Shown here: in pieces, positions 48,908 to 59,075 of the stretch
How positions within the stretch are numbered: position 1 is the first letter of the stretch
Layout: each line of letters opens with the position of its first letter
DNA from: Kofleriaceae bacterium
GTDB taxonomy: Bacteria; Myxococcota_A; Polyangia; Haliangiales; Haliangiaceae
Direction: 5' to 3'
Length of the DNA: 62,427 nt
Assembly (NCBI GenBank): GCA_046597055.1
Contig: JBKJLC010000040.1
Coordinates: forward strand, 1-62,427
Program-made: the position numbers and the translations under genes
The notes under the pieces: generated by a model
Database searches by the model: none
The model's input: the letters and a program-made list of their open reading frames with translations, nothing else
Told to the model about the DNA's origin: nothing

Positions 48908-50107
48908 GTGCGTCGAGTCGCGCGAATCGTGTTCGCCGCCGCGCTGAGCGTCGGGGTCGCCGCGGTCGCGGCCGGGTGCCGCGGCCGCGACCGGACTGCC
49001 GCGGGCAGCGGTGCACCCGCGGCGTTGCCGCGCGATGCGGGCGGGGCCGACGAGCTCGGGTTCGTGGGGGGCTCGGTGTGGATCGCCGAGCAGCGCGATG
49101 GCCACGTGCGGCCGGCGCGGCTGGATACCCGGACGGCGGCATGGGTCGCCCACGGCGGCGGCGCCCTCGACCTGTACCCGACCGAGCTGGTTCGCAAGGG
49201 TGACCTGGTCGCGATCGCGACCGAGGGCGAGACCGAGGCGGACCACGCCGAGCAGCTCGCGCTGGTGCGCGGCGGGGTGGTCTCGTTCTTCGGCCCGCGC
49301 GCCCAGGCGGTGCGCAACCCGTCGTCGTCGCGCGACGGCACGGTGGTGGTGGTCGAGGCCAGCGCCGACGGCTTCCGCGATCTGTACCGGCTCGACCTCG
49401 ACGGCAAGGTCACCCGGCTCACCGCCAATCGCGAGGGCAACTTCGAGCCGGCGGTGGCGCCCGACGGCAGCGCGCTCGCGTTCGTGTCGTCGCGCGACGG
49501 CCAGGCCGAGATCTACCGGATGACGCCGACGGGCGGCGACGCGACCCGGCTGACCAGCTTCCACAAGGACGACTGGTCGCCGGCGTGGGCGAGCGACGGC
49601 CGCATGCTCGCGTTCCTGTCCGACCGCGAGGGCGCGGCCCGGGTGTTCCTGATGGCGCCCGACGGCACCGGTCAGCGCCGGCTCACCGCCGAGGCTGATC
49701 CCGCGGTGGTCGAGGACCGCCCGCGCTGGTCGCTCGACAGCCCGGCGCTCGCCTTTCTGCGCACCGCGCGCGGGCGCTCGACCTTGGTCGTGGTCGACCC
49801 CACCAGCGGCGCGGCGCGCACGCTCACCCCCGACGGCTTCGTCGATCGCGACTTCGCCTGGGGCCCCGGCGGCACCCACGTCGCGGTCGTCCGTCACCCC
49901 GACGGTGCCACCGGCGGCGCGGCGGGCGCGGCGGGCGCGGGCACGGCGGGCGCGGCGGGTGCGGGCACGGCGAGCGGCGGCGCGGGCGCGGCGAGCGGCG
50001 TCATGTTTGTCCGGGTCTCGGACGGCGCGGTCGTGGCCCGGGCGGCCCCGGCGACGCCGCTGGCGCTGCGTTGGCTGCCGGCGACCGCGCCCGTGCTGGG
50101 CCGCTGA
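48908..50107 (+). CDS. TolB-like PD40 beta-propeller lipoprotein
   Basis: Lipobox AAGC; repeats PAVAPDG..LAFVSSRDG..EIY and PAWASDG..LAFLSDREG. Confidence 0.82.
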   Translation: MRRVARIVFAAALSVGVAAVAAGCRGRDRTAAGSGAPAALPRDAGGADELGFVGGSVWIAEQRDGHVRPARLDTRTAAWVAHGGGALDLYPTELVRKGDLVAIATEGETEADHAEQLALVRGGVVSFFGPRAQAVRNPSSSRDGTVVVVEASADGFRDLYRLDLDGKVTRLTANREGNFEPAVAPDGSALAFVSSRDGQAEIYRMTPTGGDATRLTSFHKDDWSPAWASDGRMLAFLSDREGAARVFLMAPDGTGQRRLTAEADPAVVEDRPRWSLDSPALAFLRTARGRSTLVVVDPTSGAARTLTPDGFVDRDFAWGPGGTHVAVVRHPDGATGGAAGAAGAGTAGAAGAGTASGGAGAASGVMFVRVSDGAVVARAAPATPLALRWLPATAPVLGR

Positions 50108-50193
50108 TCCGCGCGCAGGTCCGGGGCCGGTCTCGCCGGTTCGTCCCGAGCGGAGGTTGATGCCGAGACCGCCAGGGGATCCCGAGCAGCCGG

Positions 50194-51567
50194 TCAGCCG
50201 AGGGTGACCGATTCCTTGAGGTCGGGTACGTAGGTCTTGGCGCCGAACCGATCGGCGAGCAGGCGGGCGTAGTCGGCGCGGGCATCGTCGTCGCCGTGGG
50301 TGATGAAGGTGGTCGCGCCGGTCTTGCGCGGCAGGTGGCCGTGCCAGCCGGCGAGCCCGTCCTGGTCGGCGTGCGCGGAGAAGCCCGACAGGCGGGTGAT
50401 CCGGGCGCGCACCGCGACCTCGCCGCCGTCGAGAAAGACGGTGGTGGCGCCATCCTCGAGCTCGCGGCCGAGCGTGCGCGCGCCCTGGTAGCCGACCAGG
50501 AGCACGTCGGTGCGTGGGTCGGGCAGGTGGCGCGCGAGGTGGCCGCGGATGCGCCCGCCGTTGCACATCCCGGAGCCCGCGATCACGATCGCCGGGCCGC
50601 GCTCGGCGCCGAGCCGGGCCGAGGCGCGGCCGTCGCGCGCCTCGAGCACGCTGTCCATGTCGAGCGGATGATCCCCGGCGGCAACCAGCTCCAGCGCAGC
50701 CTCGTCGTACAGGCCCTTGTGGCGCCGGTAGATCTCGGTCGCGGTCACGGACAGCGGGCCGTCGACGATCACCGGAATGGATCCGACGACGCCGGCGGCG
50801 GTGAGCTGGTGGAGCTCGTACAGGATCTCCTGGGTGCGGCCGATCGCGAACGCCGGGATCAGCACCTTGCCGCCGTCCTCGAGCGCCCGGCGGATCACCT
50901 CGCCCAGCTTGGCGCGCGCGGTCGCTCGGTCGGGGTGGCGACGGTTGCCGTAGGTCGACTCGGTGACGACCCAGTCGACCGCGTCGGCCTCGTCCCACTG
51001 GGTCGTGGGATCGCGGAGGATCGGGGTCCCGGCGATGCCGATGTCGCCGGAGAACAGGATGGCGCGGTCGGTGCCGCGGTCGGTCCACGACACCCGCACG
51101 TGCCCGGAGCCGAGGATGTGGCCGGCGTCGAACAGCTCGACGGTGAACGGTCCGATCGGGTGCGGCATCCGATAGCCGGCCAGCTTCTTCATGCGGGCGC
51201 GGGTATCGTCGACGTCGGCGCGGTCGTAGAGCGGCGGGCCGTCGGCGTGCGCGGCGATCTTCGCGCTGTCCTCCATCACCATCGTCGCGATGTCGAGCGT
51301 CGCCGGATGGCCCCACACCGGCCCGGTGTAGCCGCGGCGCCCGAGCAGCGGCACCCGGCCGACGTGATCGAGGTGGCCGTGGGTGAGCACCACCGCGGTC
51401 AGCGCGCGCAGGTCGAACGGGAAGGCCTCGTGGTTGAGCCCCTCGGCGTAGGACCCGCCCTGGAAGACGCCGCAGTCGATCACCAGCGCGGCATCCTCGA
51501 AGGCGAGGTGATAGCAGCTGCCGGTCACCCCGCCGGCCGCGCCACAGAACGTGAGGGTCGCTGACAT
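50194..51567 (-). CDS. MBL-fold beta-CASP ribonuclease-family protein
   Basis: VTGSC, THGHLDH, AGHILGS, FSGD, ESTYG, SGMCNGGR, FSAHAD, HG. Confidence 0.92.
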   Translation of the reverse strand: MSATLTFCGAAGGVTGSCYHLAFEDAALVIDCGVFQGGSYAEGLNHEAFPFDLRALTAVVLTHGHLDHVGRVPLLGRRGYTGPVWGHPATLDIATMVMEDSAKIAAHADGPPLYDRADVDDTRARMKKLAGYRMPHPIGPFTVELFDAGHILGSGHVRVSWTDRGTDRAILFSGDIGIAGTPILRDPTTQWDEADAVDWVVTESTYGNRRHPDRATARAKLGEVIRRALEDGGKVLIPAFAIGRTQEILYELHQLTAAGVVGSIPVIVDGPLSVTATEIYRRHKGLYDEAALELVAAGDHPLDMDSVLEARDGRASARLGAERGPAIVIAGSGMCNGGRIRGHLARHLPDPRTDVLLVGYQGARTLGRELEDGATTVFLDGGEVAVRARITRLSGFSAHADQDGLAGWHGHLPRKTGATTFITHGDDDARADYARLLADRFGAKTYVPDLKESVTLG

Positions 51568-51846
51568 CTCGTCATCGTACGCCCGGCGGCGAGCGGTACC
51601 GGCCCGACCGGCGCATGCGCGACTGCCCTCTGTCGGTGGCAGTCGGGACCGTGGTCCCCGGCCCGTGTGCAAACGATGGTGCGCAACCGCGTGGCGCTGC
51701 GAGCCGGAGGACGCGCCAAGCGCGCGAACCCGCTGGTGAGTTCATCGCCCTACATGGCGGGCCAACGTGGGTGGCACGGTGGCTGCTCTAGTAGCCACTC
51801 GCGTCGGTCGCCGCCCGCCTGCGCCCAGCCCTGCGAGGAGCCCATC

Positions 51847-53403
51847 ATGGACCGTTGTCTCGTCACGCCCGCCGTCTGCGTACTCGCGCTGCTCTCTGCC
51901 TGCACCACCGACGTGCTCGTCGAGGATGGCATCAGCCCGGTCGTGGTCACCGCCCTCGATCGCGCCTTCGAGGAGGCCGGCCGCGAGACCGGCGTGCCCG
52001 CCGATCTCATCGAGGCGATCGGCCACGTCGAGACCCGCTGGCAGATGGTCGCCGGCGAGGAGGAGCACGACGGCGCACCCGCCGGCATCGGCGTCATGGC
52101 GCTGCGCCCGGACGCGGTCACCCGCGGCGCGGCGCTCGCCGGCCTCTCGGTCGAGGAGGTCCGCGAGGACGCCACGTCCAACATCCGCGCCGCGGCCTTC
52201 CTGCTCGCCTCGGAAGCGCGCGTCCAGGGGGTCACCGGCGACGACCTGGCGGCGTGGGCCCCGGTGGTCGCGGCCTGGAGCGGCATCGTCGACCCGGAAG
52301 CGGTCGATCAGTACGTCCACGACGAGGTCTTCCGGGTGCTCGCCGCTGGCGCCGAGGAGCGCACCGAGTCGGGCGAGCTGATCGCGTCGCTGCCGCGTCG
52401 GCCCGCGCTCGCCCGCGTGGCGGCCGCGCGGCCGCTCGCCGGCACCGCCGACTATCCGGCCGCGGTGTGGCGGCCGTCGCCCAACTTCGGTTCGCGTGCG
52501 GGCGCGGTCAGCCACGTGGTCATCCACACCTGCGAGGGCAGCTACGCCGGCTGCTGGGGCTGGCTGCGCAACCCCGCCGCCGGCGCCAGCGCCCATTACG
52601 TCGTCAACGCGTCGGGTTCGGAGATCACCCAGCTCGTGCGCGAGGCCAGCCGCGCCTGGCACGTCGGCGCCAGCTACGCGTGCAGTCGCAACGGCAACAC
52701 GGACTGCGGCAAGAACGGCGTGTCGGTGAACAACTTCTCGGTCGGCATCGAGCACGCCGGCTTCGGCTCGCAGGCGTCGTGGGCGTCGGGCCTGATCGAG
52801 GCCTCGGCCAAGCTCACCTGCGACATCACCCGCAGCCACGGCATCCCGCGCGACCGCTTCCACGTCGTCGGCCACGGCCAGCTCCAGCCGGCCGACCGGA
52901 CCGACCCGGGACCCAACTGGCCGTGGGCGCACTACCTCGACCGCGTGCGCGTCCACTGTGGCGATGGCGGCACCGGCGGTCCGACGGTGATCGTCGACTC
53001 GAACAACGCCAACAACGATGCCGCGGTCGCTCGGATCGAGCTGACCGGCACCTGGAGCTCCGCGACCTCGACGCCCGGCTACTACGGCAGCGGCTACTAC
53101 TACGCGGCGACCGCGGCCGCGTCGGCCCCGGCGACCTTCTGGTTCTACCTGCCGACCGCGCAGACCCGCTCGATCGACGCGTGGTGGACCACGAGCACCA
53201 ACCGCAGCACCGCCGCGACCTTCGTCGCGCGCAACGCCTCCGACGTCGAGGTCGGGCGCGCCACGCGCAACCAGCAGACCGCAGGCAGCCGGTGGGTGTC
53301 GCTCGGGACCTGGCGCTTCAGCGCCGGCTGGAACCGGGTCGTGCTGTCGCGCTGGGCCGCCGAGGGCAAGGTCGTCGTCGCCGACGCGGTCCGCGTCCGC
53401 TGA
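51847..53403 (+). CDS. Secreted N-acetylmuramoyl-L-alanine amidase with a lysozyme-like N-domain and a C-terminal beta-sandwich
   Basis: RBS GAGGAG, LSAC lipobox, VVIHTCEG, SAHY, AWHVG, GIEH, GH..DPG, terminal ADAVR. Confidence 0.88.
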   Translation: MDRCLVTPAVCVLALLSACTTDVLVEDGISPVVVTALDRAFEEAGRETGVPADLIEAIGHVETRWQMVAGEEEHDGAPAGIGVMALRPDAVTRGAALAGLSVEEVREDATSNIRAAAFLLASEARVQGVTGDDLAAWAPVVAAWSGIVDPEAVDQYVHDEVFRVLAAGAEERTESGELIASLPRRPALARVAAARPLAGTADYPAAVWRPSPNFGSRAGAVSHVVIHTCEGSYAGCWGWLRNPAAGASAHYVVNASGSEITQLVREASRAWHVGASYACSRNGNTDCGKNGVSVNNFSVGIEHAGFGSQASWASGLIEASAKLTCDITRSHGIPRDRFHVVGHGQLQPADRTDPGPNWPWAHYLDRVRVHCGDGGTGGPTVIVDSNNANNDAAVARIELTGTWSSATSTPGYYGSGYYYAATAAASAPATFWFYLPTAQTRSIDAWWTTSTNRSTAATFVARNASDVEVGRATRNQQTAGSRWVSLGTWRFSAGWNRVVLSRWAAEGKVVVADAVRVR

Positions 53404-53487
53404 CGTCCGCGTGGTAGCCCGCGTCCGCGCTCGGGCGCGCGGCGCGGCCCGCTACCCGGTGCGCGCGCTCTACAGGGCGCGGTTCGT

Positions 53488-53793
53488 CCTTCGACTCCGC
53501 GCTTCGCGCTGCGCTCAGGACGAACGGGGGAGACAGGTCATCTCTCGAAGTGACTCGTCGCTCACCGCGATCGGCTGCCCTTTTTCCTTGCGGCTCCGGT
53601 CTTCGGTCTCCGGTCTCCGCGCTCAGGATCCCGCACATCGTTCCGGTGTCCCTGAGCGAAGGGCTCGTTGCGAGCCCGGAGTCGAAGGGCCAGCCTCTGC
53701 CCGCTGATCTGACACGGCGCCTTGCGCCGGCTCGGGCCACCGGCAAAGGCGAGCGCTTGCCGTCACATCGAGCGAAGTGATCAATCGCCGAGG
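53488..53793. repeat. REP-like palindrome cluster related to 13063-13299
   Basis: CCTTCGAC..GCTCAGGAC (53488-53521); inverted CCTGAGC..GTCGAAGGGC (about 53648-53690); 53711-53793 aligns by eye to 13162-13247. Confidence 0.8.
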
Positions 53794-53841
53794 GCGACCT
53801 GTCAGCGACCGCCATTCCGGCGGTGAGACACGGGTGCAGGG

Positions 53842-55086
53842 TCAGGCGCCGACGACGTGGACGTGGCGGACCAGCTCGCTGGCGAGATCGTAGCCGTCCC
53901 AGAAGCGGGCCATCTGCAGGGCCTGGCCGACCGGCACCACCCGGTCGAGGCCGCGGCCGCCGAGGCGCTCGACCAGCGCGACCAGCTCGGCGCGCGGCAG
54001 GCCGGCGTGGGTCAGGGTCTGATCCTTGCGATCGAGCCAGCCGTCGAGCGCGTCGAGCGACGGGGCGACCGCCTCGAACAGCAGGCCGGCGCCGGGATGG
54101 TCGCGGCGCAGCGCGCTCAGCCGGTCGATGCGGAGGACCGCGAGCGCCGGGCCGTAGTCGGTGCGGCCGACCACCGGGCCGTCGAGCACGGCGCGGTGGA
54201 TGAAGAGCTCGCGGCCGAGCCGGGCGGCGACGTCGGGGCGGTAGCCGCGGCGCGCGACCACCGCCGCGACCGCCGGCCACAGCCGGTTGCGCGCGGCCTC
54301 GATCGTGGCCGGCTCGCCCACCCACAGGCACAGTCGCGGCGACGAGCAGGCCAGTTGATCGAACCAGAACAGGTCGTTGTAGATGCGGTCGGCGAGCTCG
54401 TGCACGCGGTCGTCGCCCATGGCGACCAGCGCGGCTGCGCCCAGCGCGAGCAGCGACCACCGGTCTGCGAAGGTGAGATCGCGGCCGAACGCCGACAGCG
54501 GCGCGCGCCGGATCGCCGCGATGCTGGCGTCGCCGCCCCACAGGACGCGGAGCGCCGCGCGCGCCGAGATCGCGGCGGTGATCGCGTCGTCGTGGCCGTA
54601 CTGGACCATCGCGACCCGGCTGCGCAGGCCAGCGTGCTCGGGGCGATCGAGCACCGCCGCGAGCAGCCCGCACAGGTGATCGACCACCGGCGAGCCCCGC
54701 GACGATAGCCGCACGAGGTTGGCGTTGCCGGCGACCACCGACAGCAGCCACGAGTACATGAAGATCGTGTCGACGTTGGCCGGCGGCACGTGGAAGACCA
54801 GGCCCTGCGGGACCCGCACCACGTCGGCGCGGCCGGTGGTCTCGAAGTCGCGCCGCATGCGCACGAGCTCGGCCTTGCGCATGAAGAACCCGAGCGTCAT
54901 GAGCTCGGGGTGGACGTGCGCGACCGGGTCGGCCATCAACCGTTGCGAGAACTGGCTGGCGAGCTCGATCACGTCGTCGGCGAACGGCCGCCCTGGCGTG
55001 GGGGCGGTCAACCCGTCGAGCAGCGGGGCGAGCGCGACCTCGCCGCGCGTGGGCACCCGGCACACCACCCTCATCGCATCCGTCAT
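53842..55086 (-). CDS. LuxC-like acyl-CoA reductase
   Basis: GLVFHVPPANV, WGGD, catalytic FDQLACSSP, WDGYDL. Confidence 0.88.
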   Translation of the reverse strand: MTDAMRVVCRVPTRGEVALAPLLDGLTAPTPGRPFADDVIELASQFSQRLMADPVAHVHPELMTLGFFMRKAELVRMRRDFETTGRADVVRVPQGLVFHVPPANVDTIFMYSWLLSVVAGNANLVRLSSRGSPVVDHLCGLLAAVLDRPEHAGLRSRVAMVQYGHDDAITAAISARAALRVLWGGDASIAAIRRAPLSAFGRDLTFADRWSLLALGAAALVAMGDDRVHELADRIYNDLFWFDQLACSSPRLCLWVGEPATIEAARNRLWPAVAAVVARRGYRPDVAARLGRELFIHRAVLDGPVVGRTDYGPALAVLRIDRLSALRRDHPGAGLLFEAVAPSLDALDGWLDRKDQTLTHAGLPRAELVALVERLGGRGLDRVVPVGQALQMARFWDGYDLASELVRHVHVVGA

Positions 55087-56183
55087 CGGGCCTCGACCTC
55101 GGCGGCGTGAGTGTCGCTGCAGCCGCGCAGCTCGGCGTGCGGCACCCGGCCGATCACACGGAACCCCTTGCCCATCCGTCCGCACCGGTCCTGATCGACG
55201 TGCTCGACCACGCCGAGGTCCTCGGTCAGGAGCGAGTGGCCGGGGTAGCTGGTCGGCAGCGTGCTCACGGTCTGGATCAGGCCGGCGGTGCCGACCGGCA
55301 CCTCCTCGAACGTCATCGGGTCGCGCATGATCACGTCGCCGAACGCCGGTGGGTACAGCAGGCCGTCCTCGCCTTCGAGGAAGACCGAGCCGACCTGCTC
55401 GACCATGCCGTAGAAGTTGTAGATGCGCTCAAGCCCGGTGGCCGCGGCCAGACGCGCCTTGAACGCGGCGTTGTCGACCGCGCGCTCGGCCAGCTTCTTC
55501 CAGCCGCCCGAGTGGATCAGCACGCCCTGGCGCAGGTCGAGCCCGGCGTCCTTCACCTGCTCGTAGAAGTAGGCCCACACCATGTACGTGAAGCCGAACA
55601 CCAGGAAGGGTCGCTTGCCGTGCCTGGCGAGGAACGCCTCCAGGCCGTGCCAGTCGAGCGTCATGTCGGGATCGAGCGCGAAGAACGGCTGGGCGCCGAA
55701 GTTCATCATCCCGAGCACGCCGGCGCCACGCGCCGAGAACGCGGTGCGGTCCCGCAACAGATCTTTGGTGTCGATGACGAGCATCGGCAGCCGGCGCGGC
55801 AGCACGTGCGTCATGATCCGCGCCAGCGCGCGGACCTGGCGACGCGCGGTGTCGTTGTCGAGGTAGATGCGGCTCGGGACCTGGCCAGTGGTGCCGCTGG
55901 AGGTCAGCACGGTCGCGATCTCGTCGTCGGGGACCGACACCAGGCGGTGGCTCTTGAACAGGCCGACCGGCAACCACGGCACCTCGGCCAGACGGCGGGG
56001 CGCGCGCGCGCCGCCCGCGAGCACGTCGGTGAGCCGGCGGTATGGCGCGCAGCCGGCGCGGTGGTGGGCGGTGAGCTGGGCGAGCGCCGCGGTGAGCCGC
56101 GCCTCCTTGTCGGGTTGCGTCAGCCCGTAGAGCGGCGCCTCGAGCAGCTCGTCGATGGTCGCGCCGGGCAGCGTGGCGGTCAC
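55083..56183 (-). CDS. LuxE-like acyl-protein synthetase
   Basis: TSSGTTG, HSGGWKK, YGMVEQ, SYPGHSLLTED, RGCSD. Confidence 0.9.
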   Translation of the reverse strand: MTATLPGATIDELLEAPLYGLTQPDKEARLTAALAQLTAHHRAGCAPYRRLTDVLAGGARAPRRLAEVPWLPVGLFKSHRLVSVPDDEIATVLTSSGTTGQVPSRIYLDNDTARRQVRALARIMTHVLPRRLPMLVIDTKDLLRDRTAFSARGAGVLGMMNFGAQPFFALDPDMTLDWHGLEAFLARHGKRPFLVFGFTYMVWAYFYEQVKDAGLDLRQGVLIHSGGWKKLAERAVDNAAFKARLAAATGLERIYNFYGMVEQVGSVFLEGEDGLLYPPAFGDVIMRDPMTFEEVPVGTAGLIQTVSTLPTSYPGHSLLTEDLGVVEHVDQDRCGRMGKGFRVIGRVPHAELRGCSDTHAAEVEAR

Positions 56184-57535
56184 GTGCGCTCCAGGGCGCG
56201 GTAGTCGACCTTGCCGCTCGGCAGGCGCGGCAGCTGCGACAGCGTGGTCACCACGAACCCGGCCGGGTTGATCCCGGTCCGCTCGCTCGCCGTCTGGCGC
56301 AGGCGGGGGGCCAGCGCGGGGTCGTCGCTCTCGACGAAGATCGCGACCCGATCGTCCCCAGCGATCGCCGCGAGGGGCGCGTCGGTCGCGCTGCCGGCGA
56401 CGTGCAGCAGCGCCTCGAGCTCGTCGAGGTTCACGCGCAGGCCGAACACCTTGGCGCTGCGCCGGGCCCGGCCGGTGATCCAGAGGTGGCCGTCGTCGTC
56501 GAGGTAGCCGAGGTCGCCGGTCGCCAGCTCGCCGCCCAGGTCGTCGCCGCGGGCGAGGTCGTCGCGGTGCTCGGCGTAGCCCATCATCACGCCCGGCCCG
56601 CGGTAGACGATCTCGCCGCGGGTGCCCGGCCCGACCTCGCGGCCGTCGTCGACGATGCGGAGCTCGCCCCCGGGCACCGCGCGCCCGACCGCGCCGGCGC
56701 GCGCCGGCAGCTCACCCGGCGGCAGGATCGCGATCCGCGCGGTCGCCTCGGTCTGGCCGTACATCACGTACAGCCGGCCATCGCGGGCGTGGGCGCGCTC
56801 GTGGGCCTGGCGGATCAGCGCGGGGTCCATGCGCCCGCCGGCCTGGGTGAACGTGCGCAGCGACCGCGGCGCGATCCGGTCGAGATCGAGCCGGCGCAGC
56901 AGCTGGTACGAGTGCGGCACGCCGGCCAGCGAGGTCACGCCGTGGTCGCGGCACGCGCGCCAGAAGCCGTCGGACAGGAGGCCGTCCTCGGTGAGCACCA
57001 CGGTGGCGCCGGCGATCAGGTGGCTGTTGAGCACCGACAGCCCGTACGCGTACGGCAGCGGCAGCGAGGTCGGCGCGACCTCGCCGGGGCCGATCGCCAG
57101 CACCTGCGCGATCGCGCGGGCGTTGGCCTCCAGCGCGGCCCGGCTCAGGCGGACCAGCTTGGGGCTCCCGGTCGAGCCCGAGGTCGACAGCAGCACCGCC
57201 AGGTCGGGATGCGGCGCGGTCCCGCCGGCGGGGCCGGCGTACGCGCGGCCAAGGACGACCTCGGGCCGGTAGCGCGCGAGCAGCGGTCCGGCGAGCGCGT
57301 CGTCGAGCCGCCGGTCGAGCAGCACGATCGGGACGCCGGCCGCGAGCGCGCCGAGATAGTCGAGGACGCTGGCGAGGTCGTTGCCGACGAAGCCGACCGC
57401 GATCCCGGCGGGCCCGGCCGCCGCACGCAGGCGCGCGCTCGCAGCGACCACCCGCGCGCCGAGCTCGCGATAGGTCAGGCCCTCGCCGGTGGCGGCGTCG
57501 ATCAGCGCCACCTCGCCGCGGGTCGGATCGAACAT
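56180..57535 (-). CDS. AMP-binding acyl-CoA/ACP ligase
   Basis: STSGSTGSPK, YGQTEAT, TGD, SGKVDY. Confidence 0.9.
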   Translation of the reverse strand: MFDPTRGEVALIDAATGEGLTYRELGARVVAASARLRAAAGPAGIAVGFVGNDLASVLDYLGALAAGVPIVLLDRRLDDALAGPLLARYRPEVVLGRAYAGPAGGTAPHPDLAVLLSTSGSTGSPKLVRLSRAALEANARAIAQVLAIGPGEVAPTSLPLPYAYGLSVLNSHLIAGATVVLTEDGLLSDGFWRACRDHGVTSLAGVPHSYQLLRRLDLDRIAPRSLRTFTQAGGRMDPALIRQAHERAHARDGRLYVMYGQTEATARIAILPPGELPARAGAVGRAVPGGELRIVDDGREVGPGTRGEIVYRGPGVMMGYAEHRDDLARGDDLGGELATGDLGYLDDDGHLWITGRARRSAKVFGLRVNLDELEALLHVAGSATDAPLAAIAGDDRVAIFVESDDPALAPRLRQTASERTGINPAGFVVTTLSQLPRLPSGKVDYRALERT

Positions 57536-58299
57536 CAGATCTGCATGCCTCCGTCGACGCCCAGCGCCTGGCCGGTGACGTAGCTCGACAGCTCCGACGC
57601 CAGGAACAGCACCACGCGCGCGACGTCGTCCGCGGTCCCGATCCGGCCGAGCCCGATCTGCGCCAGCGTCGCGGCGTGGCGGTCGGCCGGCATCGCGCGG
57701 ATCAGGTCGGTGTCGATGAAGCCGGGCTCGACCAGGTTGACCCGGATGCCCTGCGGCGCGAGCTCGCGGGCCGCCGACCGAGTCAGCCCGGACAGCGCCG
57801 CCTTGCTCGCCGCGTAGACCGCCTGGCCCGCGCTGCCCTGGCGCCCGACGATCGAGCCCACGTTGACGATCGATCCGCGCCGGTGCCGGGTCATGAGCCG
57901 GGCCGCGCCCTGCAGATTGTAGATCGCGCCCTTGGTGTTCACGTCGATCACGCGATCGACCAGGGCCGCGTCGATCATGCCGAGCGGCGCGTTCTCGAGC
58001 ACGCCGGCGTTGTTGACCAGCACGTCGAGCCGCTTCCAGGCCCGGAAGATCGCCTGGTAGAAGCCGGTCACCGCGGCCGGATCGGCGACGTCACCGGCCA
58101 GCGCCAGCGTGCGCCCGCCGTGCTCCGCCGCCAGCGCGGCCGCCTGCGCGTCGACCGTGACCGGGTCGCGGCCGTTGACCGCCACGTCCGCGCCATGGGC
58201 GGCCAGGGTGCGCGCGATCTCCCAGCCGATGCCCCGCGTGCCGCCGGTGACGAACGCCGTCAGGCCGGCGAGCAGCGGACCGTCAGATCGCCACACCAT
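57535..58299 (-). CDS. FabG-like short-chain dehydrogenase/reductase
   Basis: TGGTRGIG, NNAG, YAASK, PGFIDT, VDGG. Confidence 0.92.
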   Translation of the reverse strand: MVWRSDGPLLAGLTAFVTGGTRGIGWEIARTLAAHGADVAVNGRDPVTVDAQAAALAAEHGGRTLALAGDVADPAAVTGFYQAIFRAWKRLDVLVNNAGVLENAPLGMIDAALVDRVIDVNTKGAIYNLQGAARLMTRHRRGSIVNVGSIVGRQGSAGQAVYAASKAALSGLTRSAARELAPQGIRVNLVEPGFIDTDLIRAMPADRHAATLAQIGLGRIGTADDVARVVLFLASELSSYVTGQALGVDGGMQI

Positions 58300-58525
58300 A
58301 TTTGCCGACGATCTCGCGCGCCTTCGGATAGCTCGACATCCCGATCACGTCGTCGGTCTCGAGCATGACGTCGAACGCGGTCTCGATCGCGGCGATCAGC
58401 TGCATGTGCGCGACCGAGTCCCACTGCTTGATGCCGCGGTAGGTCAGCGCCTCGAAGTCGACCTCGGCCGGCAGGCCGCGCGCCTCGCGAAACGCGGCCC
58501 GCAGCGTGTCTTCGGTCGCACTCAT
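58283..58525 (-). CDS. Acyl carrier protein
   Basis: 80 aa, acidic; phosphopantetheine Ser in WDSVAHM. Confidence 0.9.
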   Translation of the reverse strand: MSATEDTLRAAFREARGLPAEVDFEALTYRGIKQWDSVAHMQLIAAIETAFDVMLETDDVIGMSSYPKAREIVGKYGVAI

Positions 58526-58562
58526 GGCAGGCCCGCAACCTTAGGAGCTGGGGCCGGTGGGG

Positions 58563-59003
58563 TCAATGCCGGCCACGGGCCAGCACGCGCGCGGCGGCGA
58601 CGGCGAGCCGCGCGCCCGCCCGGGCCCGGCTCGCGAGCGACGGCCGCCGGCGCGCGACCGCCGCGAGCCCGACGATCTGGGCGGCGTGCACCAGCCCCAG
58701 CTGCGGCGCCGCCTGGTTGTCGCCCTCGTGGACCCACCACCCGCACGGGCCGCGGGAGACCAGCCGGTGCAGCTCGAGCTCGCCGCCGCGGGTGACGAAG
58801 GCCGCGACCGCACCCAGGCAAGGCGTCGTCACCTGGATCGCGATCCGCTCGCCGAGGGCGATCGCCGGCTCCATCGAGCATCCGCCACAGGTCACGACCA
58901 GCGCGCCGGCGCGGGCGCGCTCGCGCATGAGCGCGACCCGGGCGCGCACCGACCGAGGCAGGCCGAGGGCGGGAAAGATCGCATCACGCCAGCGCGCAGT
59001 CAT
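58563..59003 (-). CDS. S24/S26-type (signal-peptidase-like) serine peptidase
   Basis: GCSMEP, HRLV, EGDN motifs in order; no TM anchor. Confidence 0.78.
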   Translation of the reverse strand: MTARWRDAIFPALGLPRSVRARVALMRERARAGALVVTCGGCSMEPAIALGERIAIQVTTPCLGAVAAFVTRGGELELHRLVSRGPCGWWVHEGDNQAAPQLGLVHAAQIVGLAAVARRRPSLASRARAGARLAVAAARVLARGRH

Positions 59004-59021
59004 CTCAGGCTCCGAGCTCCG

Positions 59022-59054
59022 AAAACGACGCCGGCGCCCGTGTGGCGCCGGTCG
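59022..59054 (-). terminator. Intrinsic terminator/stabilising hairpin after the small peptide gene
   Basis: On the minus strand CCGGCGCC-ACACG-GGCGCCGG followed by CGTCGTTTT. Confidence 0.6.
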
Positions 59055-59075
59055 GGGTCGCAGCGCGCGGTCGGC

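Noticed and set aside
46117..49440. 1107-aa ORF as a single gene
   Set aside because: Only the part from about 48054 is GH-like; the upstream part overlaps the NUDIX and PD40 genes in other frames.
53842..56183. Bioluminescence operon
   Set aside because: No luxA, luxB or luxD in the cluster.
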